Source of the DNA: Deltaproteobacteria bacterium
Lineage (GTDB): Bacteria > Desulfobacterota > GWC2-55-46 > JADFVP01
DNA: 64,000 bases
Assembly: GCA_029262515.1 (NCBI GenBank)
Contig: JAJCZH010000023.1
Location: forward strand, 16,312-80,311
Direction of reading: 5' to 3'
Under the pieces are notes generated by a model, which worked only from the letters and a program-made list of their open reading frames with translations, did not search any database and was not told the DNA's origin. This document shows, piece by piece, positions 37,756 to 46,302 of this stretch. The stretch's first letter is position 1, and each line of letters starts with the position of its first letter. Both the position numbers and the translations under genes were made by a program.

Positions 37756-38634
37756 TTAAATTTTATGTATCGCGCGCGCAGCGGTTACGGTGTTCTTTAA
37801 GAGCATCGCTATGGTCATAGGGCCTACTCCGCCCGGTACCGGGGTTATGCGTGCTGCGCGTTTGGCGGCAGTAGCATACTCTACGTCGCCGCAGAGCTTG
37901 CCGTCGGCGTTACGGTTCATGCCGACGTCGATAACAGTTGCGCCCTCTTTGATCCACTCGCCTTTTATCATCTCGGCCCGACCTATGGCCGCGACCACGA
38001 TATCGGCTGTCGCGATCTTCTCTGCGAGGCCTGCGGTCCTGGAGTGGCAGAGCGTTACCGTAGCGTTCTGTCCGAGCAGCATCACCGCAACCGGTTTGCC
38101 GACGATGTTGCTTCTGCCGATGACTATCGCGTCCTTTCCGGCGATATCGAGTCCAGTGGTCTCTATTAAGTGCATAACGCCGAGCGGGGTACACGGTTCG
38201 AGCGTGGGAGAGCCGGTGAGCAGGCGCCCCATGTTGTACGGGTGGAAACCGTCGGCGTCCTTCTCGGCCGAGATCGCCTCTATTATAGTGGCCTGGTTGA
38301 TATGTGCCGGTAGCGGTAACTGGACGAGTATACCGTGAATGTCGGCATCGGAGTTCAGTTCCGAGATGAGCGAGAGAAGCTCTGCTTCTTTAGTCTCTTC
38401 GGGCAGAATGTGCTGGACCGAGCGGATTCCGACCTCTTCCGATGCTCGTGCCTTGTTCCGTACGTAGACCTTGGAGGCCGGGTCTTCGCCGACGAGGACT
38501 ACCGCAAGCCCCGGAGTGATGCCAGCGGACTCTTTCAAGTCCGCAACTTCGGTAGCGAGTTCAACTCTTAAGGCTTTTGCTACTGCCTTGCCGTCTATTA
38601 TCTTCAGGGATGGGTCTGTAATTGTAGTAGTCAT
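37756..38634 (-). CDS. folD: bifunctional methylene-THF dehydrogenase / methenyl-THF cyclohydrolase
   Basis: IIDGKAVA..., [26 protein letters not shown]. Confidence 0.95.
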   Translation of the reverse strand: MTTTITDPSLKIIDGKAVAKALRVELATEVADLKESAGITPGLAVVLVGEDPASKVYVRNKARASEEVGIRSVQHILPEETKEAELLSLISELNSDADIHGILVQLPLPAHINQATIIEAISAEKDADGFHPYNMGRLLTGSPTLEPCTPLGVMHLIETTGLDIAGKDAIVIGRSNIVGKPVAVMLLGQNATVTLCHSRTAGLAEKIATADIVVAAIGRAEMIKGEWIKEGATVIDVGMNRNADGKLCGDVEYATAAKRAARITPVPGGVGPMTIAMLLKNTVTAARAIHKI

Positions 38635-38645
38635 AATAGCTGTAG

Positions 38646-38674
38646 ATTATACTTTATGAGGGCTTTTTTTGCAA
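38646..38674 (-). promoter_or_regulatory. near-consensus sigma70 promoter abutting the folD start
   Basis: On the minus strand: TTGCAA, 17-nt spacer, TATAAT. Only 11 nt separate the -10 from the ATG and there is no SD. Confidence 0.5.
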
Positions 38675-38739
38675 AGAAAATCGAGTTTTTGTTGGGATTG
38701 CGCATGGCGCGGTCTTAGATATCGTTGTTGATGTACTGC

Positions 38740-39135
38740 TTACCCGTTCTCTTTAGTTACCGATTGGCTCGGGAATGATACTTCAAGTACTACCACTTCC
38801 CCTTCGGCGGTAAAAGGGCCGTGCACCTCTCCCGGGGGTCTGCTTGCATAGTAACCCGGCTCAAGCCATATGCCGAATGCTTCATCGTATAAACGACCGG
38901 AGAGCACGAATATCTCTTCAGGATAATCATGGCTCTTGGGACCGAACGGTTTGGTGGAATAGCCGCTTTTAAACCGGGTTAACCTGGTATAATCGCCTGT
39001 TTCATGGTCAATGGCTATTGTCAGTTGACTTAGGTTCTCATCCGAACCGTCAATACTCTCCCATTCTCCCGCATTATTACTCGACAACGGATTCCAATAG
39101 GTTCTTGTAGATTTCACTTTAGGGTCCTCTTTCAC
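38740..39135 (-). CDS. cupin-domain protein
   Basis: Small beta-barrel-like pattern (EEIFVLSGRLYD...GEVHGPF). The GTG start directly abuts the hemerythrin stop. Confidence 0.55.
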   Translation of the reverse strand: MKEDPKVKSTRTYWNPLSSNNAGEWESIDGSDENLSQLTIAIDHETGDYTRLTRFKSGYSTKPFGPKSHDYPEEIFVLSGRLYDEAFGIWLEPGYYASRPPGEVHGPFTAEGEVVVLEVSFPSQSVTKENG

Positions 39136-39537
39136 TTAGTCATTTAACAGTTCGTACTCTATGAAAAAGACGTTTTCTTCGTTCAGTATCCTGTTTCTAA
39201 TGGTGGCTATAAGGGTGTTGAACTCCTCTTTAAAATCGGGCCCTTTGCCTTCTGTCGGGTATTTGGCGAAGAAGTCCTGAACCATTCTGGTAATGGCCTC
39301 CATATCGTCGGCCGCAGAGTCGATTAAGCGCTTCAGCTCTGTTCTGTTGCTTGCCGCCTCACGAAGAACGAGGTAGATGAACTCGTCCTCTTTCTGAAGG
39401 TGGTCTATCAGACCCAACTGCATCGTCTTGAACTTATCCCAAACCTCGGGCGCGGTAATATCGACCGCCTTGATCTCGTTCAGGACGTTGAGAATAGCTT
39501 CGTGCTCCTTTCTCAGTTCATCGATTAATGCTGACAT
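39136..39537 (-). CDS. hemerythrin-like (HHE cation-binding) domain protein
   Basis: LRKEHEAI...H..KEDE..Y pattern in a 133-aa helical protein. Confidence 0.65.
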   Translation of the reverse strand: MSALIDELRKEHEAILNVLNEIKAVDITAPEVWDKFKTMQLGLIDHLQKEDEFIYLVLREAASNRTELKRLIDSAADDMEAITRMVQDFFAKYPTEGKGPDFKEEFNTLIATIRNRILNEENVFFIEYELLND

Positions 39538-39736
39538 CGTAAGAGCTCCTTCATATTAACGGGTTATAAAGGTGCGGCTCGGTACCATTACCCGGGGTAA
39601 GTCTTTACGGTGCTTGTAGAGGACGATTCAGTCGTAAACAGAACAAAAATATACAATAACTTAACCTGTTCGGCAACTCTAAAGTAAGCAGCTACTTATA
39701 AACCGGTATAGAGTAGAGTATTGATACTACTTTCAC

Positions 39737-39765
39737 TTGACACTTCCAGAACCGGTAGCTATCAT
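39737..39765 (+). promoter_or_regulatory. sigma70 promoter for the 39820 gene
   Basis: TTGACA, 17-nt spacer, TATCAT. Confidence 0.5.
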
Positions 39766-39819
39766 CAAATAAGGTAATCAAAGTTGATGTAGTGTGTACT
39801 TTTTTGAAAGGAGTCGCAA

Positions 39820-40389
39820 GTGGCTTTCTGGGAAAGTGTGAATACAGGGCTAAAAAAGGCTGTGGATGAGGGGTGGACTGCGGTTCGTGATAGCGCTAGA
39901 ATAGGTAAAAGTCGCTACAAACTTCACTCGCTACATAAACAGGCCGAGGCGCTTTTTGCCGAAATCGGCGGCATCGTCTACGATATGGCCGACTCCAAGG
40001 GCGACAATCCGCTTTCACGGCCCGAGGTGCGAGACCTTATCGACGATATAAAGAGGGTAGAGGCGTTGAGCTCCGAAATAGAGCATGAGATAGAGATGAC
40101 CCGTGAGAAGGAGAAGCCCGAAACTTATGGCGGGGCCGAAGAGGGCGCATGGCCTGCCGCGGTCTCAAAAGAGGTATATGAAGACGAAAACGACGATGAG
40201 AGCATGGAGAACGTGACCGAGGATACTTCTGCCACCGAAGAGGTTTCGGTAAGCGACCGTATGCCGGACGAAGAGGGCATAGATGACGATTCGCTCGGGG
40301 CCACCGGAGACAGGCAGGCGGATGAGTCCGGAGATGAGGCGGAAGAGGGCCTGGAGCCGGTTAAGGACTCGGAGTCGGGCTCTTCATAA
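39820..40389 (+). CDS. hypothetical protein with a helical N-terminal half and a strongly acidic tail
   Basis: GTG start behind AAAGGAG. It is bracketed by its own promoter and terminator. I recognise no family. Confidence 0.5.
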   Translation: MAFWESVNTGLKKAVDEGWTAVRDSARIGKSRYKLHSLHKQAEALFAEIGGIVYDMADSKGDNPLSRPEVRDLIDDIKRVEALSSEIEHEIEMTREKEKPETYGGAEEGAWPAAVSKEVYEDENDDESMENVTEDTSATEEVSVSDRMPDEEGIDDDSLGATGDRQADESGDEAEEGLEPVKDSESGSS

Positions 40390-40441
40390 AAGTTCTCTTT
40401 TGCAACATAATGAAGAATAAATAAGATAAGAGATTATTAAG

Positions 40442-40484
40442 AAGAGACCGCGATAGGGAGTATTTCCGTTACGGTCTCTTTTTT
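40442..40484 (+). terminator. rho-independent terminator
   Basis: AAGAGACCG, 21-nt loop, CGGTCTCTT, then a T-run. Confidence 0.6.
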
Positions 40485-40632
40485 CTTTATATGCCTCTGT
40501 TTTTATTCTAAATTTTACTCTTTATCGGTACGTGACCCGGTACCCTTTCAGTCGCCGCGTTCTTCGCCGATAAAATAGGCTTAGGCAGACTTTACGCCGA
40601 CAGGCTGTCGGTTTCAGTTAGGAGATTTACCG

Positions 40633-42684
40633 GTGGAGAATATCCCGCTTCTTAGAGATATCGTCGTTTTGATGGTCGTGTCTATTCCGATCATCATTTT
40701 ATTGACCCGTTTGGGTCTGCCGACGGTAATCGGTTTTCTGATGGCCGGAGTCATAATAGGCCCTTTCGGACTGAGACTCGTCCATGAGGCTCATGAGGTT
40801 GAGACCCTCAGCCAGATAGGCATTGTGCTTCTGCTCTTTACCATCGGTCTAGAATTTTCCATTACCAAGATGCTCAATATTCGGCGCGAAGCGGTGCTCG
40901 GCGGCGGACTTCAGGTACTCGTTACCCTCTTAATCACCCTTGGGGCGGGACTTCTCTTCGACTACTCTTTTGTGGTCTCTCTTCTGCTCGGTTTCGTAGT
41001 AACCCTCTCCTCTACGGCGATAGTGCTTAAATTGCTTGTGGACAAGGGGCAGGTCAATACGGATCACGGCAACATGACCGTCGGCATACTGCTTTTTCAG
41101 GATATCTGCGTTGTTCTGATGGTTATGGTTCTCCAGAGTATCGGAGGAGAGGGCGACTCAAGCACTTTTCAGGTGGTTACCGGGCTTCTGTTATCGCTGC
41201 TCTCCTTTGCGGTCATAGTGGTTGTCGTGGCCTTTGTAATTCCTAGAATCTTCGAGCAGGTGGTGAAACTTCGTAACCGCGAGATCTTCATACTGACGAT
41301 TCTGCTTGCCTGTCTCGGCACCGCATGGCTCACTTCGATGTTCGGCCTCTCGCTCGCTCTCGGCGCCTTTATAGCAGGGCTTGTGATATCGGAGTCCGAG
41401 TATTCACACCAGATAGTAGCCGAAGTAATTCCCTTCAGGGATACGTTCGCCTCGCTCTTTTTTATCTCCATAGGAATGCTGCTCGACTTCAAGTACGTGA
41501 TCTTTCATCTGCCCAACCTGCTACTGTTAGTGCTGGCGATTATTGCATTGAAGGCCGTAGTTATCTTTGTTGTCGGTACGGTATTGAGGTACCGGTTCAG
41601 AAATACTATTATAGTTGCGCTTTCGCTCGCCCAGATAGGAGAGTTCTCTTTCATCCTTATTAAAATGGGCGAGGGTTACGGTCTCTTAGGGCGCGACCTT
41701 TACCAGTCGCTTCTGGCCGCTTCCGTAATAACCATGGCGCTTACCCCGTTTATCTTTATGTGGTCTTCCAAGATCGCTTCAAGCGCCGGACGACACCTGG
41801 CAAAGGGAGGCAAGGACGCGGAGCTTGCGGGAAACGGAAAAGAGGGTAAGGACGGGCTGAAGAACCATGTCGTGATAATAGGTTACGGCGTAAATGGAAA
41901 ACATCTGGCGCAGGTTCTCAAATCCACCTCGATCCAGCATGTCATACTCGATATAAATTTGACCAAGATACGCAGCGCCAAGGAGGACGGCCACCACGCC
42001 TTTTACGGAGACGCAAGCCACCCTGAACTGCTCAGGAAGATGAACCTAGATAAGGCGAAGATGTTGGTTGTTGCAATATCCGACCCGATTACTACGCGAA
42101 GGGTCGTAGAGTCGTCGAGAAGACTCAACCCGTCGCTTTCAATAATAGTCAGAACACGTTACCTGCACGAGGTCGAAGACCTGTATAAACTGGGCGCCGA
42201 TCAGGTAATACCCGAAGAGTTCGAGACCTCTGTCGAGATATTCGCCCGCGTCTTGAAAGACTACAGGATTCCGAACAATATTATTCAGACCCAGATAGAG
42301 ATAGTGCGCCAGCAGGGGTATGCGATGTTTAGAAGCGCCTCGGTCGAGTCGGAACGGCTCACAAGCCTTACGAGCGTTTTGGAGGAGTCGCTGATGGAGA
42401 CCTTCTATGTTGCGGCGGGCTGTGCCGTTGCCGGTAGTACGCTGGCCGAGCTCGATCTCAGGCAACAGACCGGTACAAGCGTAATAGCGGTTGTAAGAAG
42501 CGGTACTGCGGAGACCAACCCGCCTCCAACTCATAAGGTGGCGGCGGGTGATATTCTGGTGATGATAGGCTCTCATGCCCAGTTGAATGCCGCAGGAATC
42601 TTGCTTAGCGATGCCTGCCCGTCGAGAGAGGTAGAGCAGGTACAAGAGAGTGATATGAAAGTTCAATTGAATTCTGACGATTAG
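40633..42684 (+). CDS. CPA2-family monovalent cation:proton antiporter with TrkA-N and TrkA-C domains (Kef-type)
   Basis: About 12 TM helices in the Na_H exchanger domain, Rossmann motif VVIIGYGVNG, C-terminal RCK_C domain. Confidence 0.85.
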   Translation: MENIPLLRDIVVLMVVSIPIIILLTRLGLPTVIGFLMAGVIIGPFGLRLVHEAHEVETLSQIGIVLLLFTIGLEFSITKMLNIRREAVLGGGLQVLVTLLITLGAGLLFDYSFVVSLLLGFVVTLSSTAIVLKLLVDKGQVNTDHGNMTVGILLFQDICVVLMVMVLQSIGGEGDSSTFQVVTGLLLSLLSFAVIVVVVAFVIPRIFEQVVKLRNREIFILTILLACLGTAWLTSMFGLSLALGAFIAGLVISESEYSHQIVAEVIPFRDTFASLFFISIGMLLDFKYVIFHLPNLLLLVLAIIALKAVVIFVVGTVLRYRFRNTIIVALSLAQIGEFSFILIKMGEGYGLLGRDLYQSLLAASVITMALTPFIFMWSSKIASSAGRHLAKGGKDAELAGNGKEGKDGLKNHVVIIGYGVNGKHLAQVLKSTSIQHVILDINLTKIRSAKEDGHHAFYGDASHPELLRKMNLDKAKMLVVAISDPITTRRVVESSRRLNPSLSIIVRTRYLHEVEDLYKLGADQVIPEEFETSVEIFARVLKDYRIPNNIIQTQIEIVRQQGYAMFRSASVESERLTSLTSVLEESLMETFYVAAGCAVAGSTLAELDLRQQTGTSVIAVVRSGTAETNPPPTHKVAAGDILVMIGSHAQLNAAGILLSDACPSREVEQVQESDMKVQLNSDD

Positions 42685-42766
42685 CAGTCAGGTAAATTCG
42701 ATTGAGAGTACTGTTTCAACAGGCCTTCTGAGTTTTAAAGGTGAATTACGGTTACAAAAGGGCTTG

Positions 42767-42814
42767 AAATCACTAGAGGCCGTACCAATTAATTGGTACG
42801 GCCTCTAGTGATTT
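42767..42814. terminator. 48-bp perfect palindrome; bidirectional terminator between convergent units
   Basis: AAATCACTAGAGGCCGTACCAATT | AATTGGTACGGCCTCTAGTGATTT. Confidence 0.7.
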
Positions 42815-42834
42815 TAAAGATAAACGCCTTTTGT

Positions 42835-43125
42835 CTATCTGTCTTGCGGCAGTTTGTACTCTGCCCCGGCAAACTGTATGTTGGCCGGGTCCGCACACCG
42901 TGGCGGCGAGACCGCATGCACGGCCTGACAGGCTGGGCATTTAAAGACGAATGTCGTCATCTGAAAGTCCGTTCCGCAGCCCTGGCACTTGGCGCTGAGG
43001 CCGCCGTCGGGAATCGGCGTATTGGCTATAGATCCGCCGTGCGCCTGATTAACGAACTCCACCAGTTCTACTCCTTCTGAAAACGGCCCTCCACCTTCGG
43101 GTCCGCAGCTTCCACAATCACCCAT
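42835..43125 (-). CDS. small cysteine-rich zinc-ribbon protein, unknown function
   Basis: AGGAGG lies 8 nt upstream of the ATG. CGSCG is at the N-terminus and CQGC...CPAC forms a ribbon. Confidence 0.55.
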   Translation of the reverse strand: MGDCGSCGPEGGGPFSEGVELVEFVNQAHGGSIANTPIPDGGLSAKCQGCGTDFQMTTFVFKCPACQAVHAVSPPRCADPANIQFAGAEYKLPQDR

Positions 43126-43209
43126 ACTAAAAACCTCCTGAATGTTATTTTTTATACTTTCTATAGGTATAAGATACTATATCTGTCGTCTAGGTTCAAA
43201 TATATTCTC

Positions 43210-46200
43210 TCAGACGTCTCTATCTTCGTCTGTTACGTCCCCTTTTTTGCGTCCTCTCTCACACTTGAGTCCGTACCAAAAACACGATATCAGGGCAATA
43301 GATGAGAGGATTATTCCGGCGATAAAACTGAGTGGCCGGTACTTGAAGTCTATAATATGAGTACCTGTTGAGATAAAGACGCCTCTGACTATGCCGTTAA
43401 CTCTGTAGATTTCCGCCTTCTCGGAGCCGATCTTGGCGCTCCAGCCAGGGTAGAACGTGTCGGTCAGGACGAGCAGCCCAGGTCCTGTTGCCTCTACTCT
43501 TACGCTGTTGTTTCGCTCTGAAAGTATCTTTGCGCTCATTGGGTTCTTCTGCTTGAGCTTGTCGTTCATACTTCCTGGCATACTCTTTGACGCCTCTGGC
43601 GAAGTGTTCGGCATAACCTGAGAAACAGCTGTATCGGTCTCCACCGTGCTGCCTATAATATCCGAGCTGCCGCTGATACCAACGCCACCCGCACCACCGG
43701 CGTTATTCTGGGTAGACTGGCTATGCGGAGCCTCCGGGCTGTGAGCGGGTTTTGCGGTTACGGTGCTATCGGCGGCCTCAGGGTTATGAGAGCTAGCCTC
43801 AGGGTGAAATGAAACAGGAGGCTCTTGCTCGATTACTGCGGCGGTTCCTGTTGCAACCTGAACCTGTCCCGCTCTTTCCTGAGCCTCTTTATACCCTTTG
43901 GCCAGTTCGATCTCCTTGGCCACATAGGCGCGTGGCAGCGCCTTCGGATTTTCGTAGATCGAGACCTCTCTATCGCTATAGACGCGCGGAAACTCTACAG
44001 GCGTTTCGTTTATTTGTCCCGTTTGCCGGGTTATCTCGTTTATATCCACTCTTGCTGGAAGCACAATATACTTTACAGAGAGTAATGAGTAGTGCGTAAG
44101 AGACTCTGTTATATCTTCTTCAATTCCGCGCCTCTGTTGTGCTTTCCTGTTTTCCGAATCGACTCGATTTTCAGACCTGCCGGTGAACCAGAGCGAAGAG
44201 GATTCCGGTGGACTCGATCCTTCCGGGTATAGAGTTTGAAGGTGCGAGTCTCGATACTCTTGAAAAGTGTCGATTGCGAGTGAATTGATATACCTGAAAT
44301 CTCTAATGCCGAGCGCGCTTGCGAAGTTGGGATACAGGATTCCGTGCCCTGCGATCACACGTCCTTCGGTCGCGTGCTCTTTTAGATACTCTACATACGG
44401 CGCCGACGTAAATGGATCGTACCGGTCCGGCAGTCCTTTGGGCGAGTTGTAATCGATTATCATAACGGCGGCGAAGAGCAGCAGCACCGTAAGGGCGGCG
44501 CTTTTACGCCGTCCCTTGAAGAACTGCACTGTTATGTAAAGCCCGAGAACGAGAGGCACGCACTTGAGGTATAACCACCCTGTGTCGTAACCGCGCGGTA
44601 TTGCCCACCAGAGTTCTATAAGCGCAAGCGGAATGAGCGTCTCGAGGGCGCGCCCCTTTCTTATGTAGGAGATTACGCAAAAGGCAGCCGCAATGAGGAA
44701 TAGGATCGATAGAAGAGTGCCGAGTATGAGTGTCGGGCCGAGGGCCGCCAGGAACTGGTCTGTGCGGATCGATCGTGTAAAGAGCATGATCGATTGGACC
44801 GGTACAAAGTAGATAAGCAGAGCTAACGAAAGTGCCAGCGCTATGATCGGTACCAGTATGACCGGTGGCCCGAGGCTCCATTTTTTCGGCTCTTCCGTTT
44901 CCGTGTCGTAGAGGTTTTCCGTGCTCTCACCCTCGGCAAGGGCCTCTTTTCTTTTTGGGTCGAAGGCCCGGTGAATCGTGTCGAATGCCAGACCGGCTGC
45001 CACTGCGAATGAGAAGGTCCAGACGGGCCCCGTCCATTTGGGGCTCCAGAAGAGGTCGAAGAGCGGCAGGTGTCTGAGTTGCGCGAAGGGTTCCAGACCG
45101 AAGTTTATGAGCAGTACCAGCGTGGAGAGCCCTGTAAAGAAGAGCAGAGGCGCGGTATTCGGATCTTTTCTGCCAAAAGGAAGAGAGAGTAAACCGGTAA
45201 AAACGAGTAAGAGCGTAATGCTGCCGGTGTACCCTCCTAAAAGGTCCCAGACGCCGTTGCTCGGAAGGTCTCTAAAGAAGAAGACTTCGCCTTCGGGAGT
45301 CGTGCCTTGCTCTAGCAGAACGGACGGCGTAAAGGACCGGTTCCGGGGAGACTCGTGCGCAGTAGGTGTGATGATAGAGGCGGCCATGCCCGAAGTGACG
45401 ATGTTCGGCACCCTTGTCACTTCGCCCGGAGAGTAGGTGAAGCTGGAATTTTGCATCAGTTCCGCAAAGGGCAGCAGGAGCGGGGCGGCCAGAAGTAAAG
45501 ATAGTAACGAGGCGAGGGCGAACCTCTTTATGTTTCTTAACGTATGCGCCTTTTTATAGAGCATGAGAGTACGGAGTATAAAGTAGAGGGTGGCGATGGA
45601 GACGATATAGAGAGCCATCTTCGGATGTCCGGCAAGCGCCGTTAGCGCGAGCGCCACGGCAGAGATCGACACCTCCCAGGACGACCGTTTGGTGGCAAGT
45701 CGCTCTATCGCCCACATGAGCACGGGTAGCATCATTGCGCAGTTGGCGAATTGCTCAAGGTTGATGAACCAGATTGAAGAACCTGAGAACATGTAGAGCG
45801 CGCCGGAGAGAAAGGACGGGGCAAATGTAAGACCGAGGTGTCGAAGGAATATAAAGGAGAAGAGGCCGGCTATGAGCAGGCGACCGAGAAGAAAGAAGTC
45901 CCAGTACTTAACCGGGCTTATGTCTTCGAGTATTTGATAGGGAAAAAGGGCCCTTGTAGAGTACTGCGCTATAAGAGGCGTGCCCGCGGCCTGGTTCGGG
46001 TTCCAGAGCGGCATTTCCTTGTTCTTATAACTATTTCCAACGAACTTGTTGACAGGCCACTCGTAGTAGCTTGGCGTGGCAATATCCATATTGAACATGT
46101 TTGCCGGTGTGCGGCCTTCGTAACCCCGGGGCCAGCTTGCGACGACGCCGTGGGGCTGGAGAAGCGGCGGGGCGAGCGAGCGGGCGGAAAAGAGCACAGG

Positions 46201-46302
46201 GCCGTAGGCAACGGCTATGAGAACCAGGTAGAGAAGAAAGGCAGATGGTTTTTCATGTTTTGTCATGGTCTTTATCGTCTGTTTTAGTGGGCCTTGGCAC
46301 AT
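43210..46302 (-). CDS. YfhO-family (GT-C-like) giant polytopic membrane protein
   Basis: N-terminal YfhO-like loop (MPLWNPNQAAGTPLIAQ...FPYQIL), more than 12 TM helices, C-terminal IYENPKALPRAYV...LVLTDTFYPGWSA...VNGIVRGVF..G.H.I.F.Y.P plus a final TM. An alternative start lies at 46266. Confidence 0.7.
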   Translation of the reverse strand: MCQGPLKQTIKTMTKHEKPSAFLLYLVLIAVAYGPVLFSARSLAPPLLQPHGVVASWPRGYEGRTPANMFNMDIATPSYYEWPVNKFVGNSYKNKEMPLWNPNQAAGTPLIAQYSTRALFPYQILEDISPVKYWDFFLLGRLLIAGLFSFIFLRHLGLTFAPSFLSGALYMFSGSSIWFINLEQFANCAMMLPVLMWAIERLATKRSSWEVSISAVALALTALAGHPKMALYIVSIATLYFILRTLMLYKKAHTLRNIKRFALASLLSLLLAAPLLLPFAELMQNSSFTYSPGEVTRVPNIVTSGMAASIITPTAHESPRNRSFTPSVLLEQGTTPEGEVFFFRDLPSNGVWDLLGGYTGSITLLLVFTGLLSLPFGRKDPNTAPLLFFTGLSTLVLLINFGLEPFAQLRHLPLFDLFWSPKWTGPVWTFSFAVAAGLAFDTIHRAFDPKRKEALAEGESTENLYDTETEEPKKWSLGPPVILVPIIALALSLALLIYFVPVQSIMLFTRSIRTDQFLAALGPTLILGTLLSILFLIAAAFCVISYIRKGRALETLIPLALIELWWAIPRGYDTGWLYLKCVPLVLGLYITVQFFKGRRKSAALTVLLLFAAVMIIDYNSPKGLPDRYDPFTSAPYVEYLKEHATEGRVIAGHGILYPNFASALGIRDFRYINSLAIDTFQEYRDSHLQTLYPEGSSPPESSSLWFTGRSENRVDSENRKAQQRRGIEEDITESLTHYSLLSVKYIVLPARVDINEITRQTGQINETPVEFPRVYSDREVSIYENPKALPRAYVAKEIELAKGYKEAQERAGQVQVATGTAAVIEQEPPVSFHPEASSHNPEAADSTVTAKPAHSPEAPHSQSTQNNAGGAGGVGISGSSDIIGSTVETDTAVSQVMPNTSPEASKSMPGSMNDKLKQKNPMSAKILSERNNSVRVEATGPGLLVLTDTFYPGWSAKIGSEKAEIYRVNGIVRGVFISTGTHIIDFKYRPLSFIAGIILSSIALISCFWYGLKCERGRKKGDVTDEDRDV

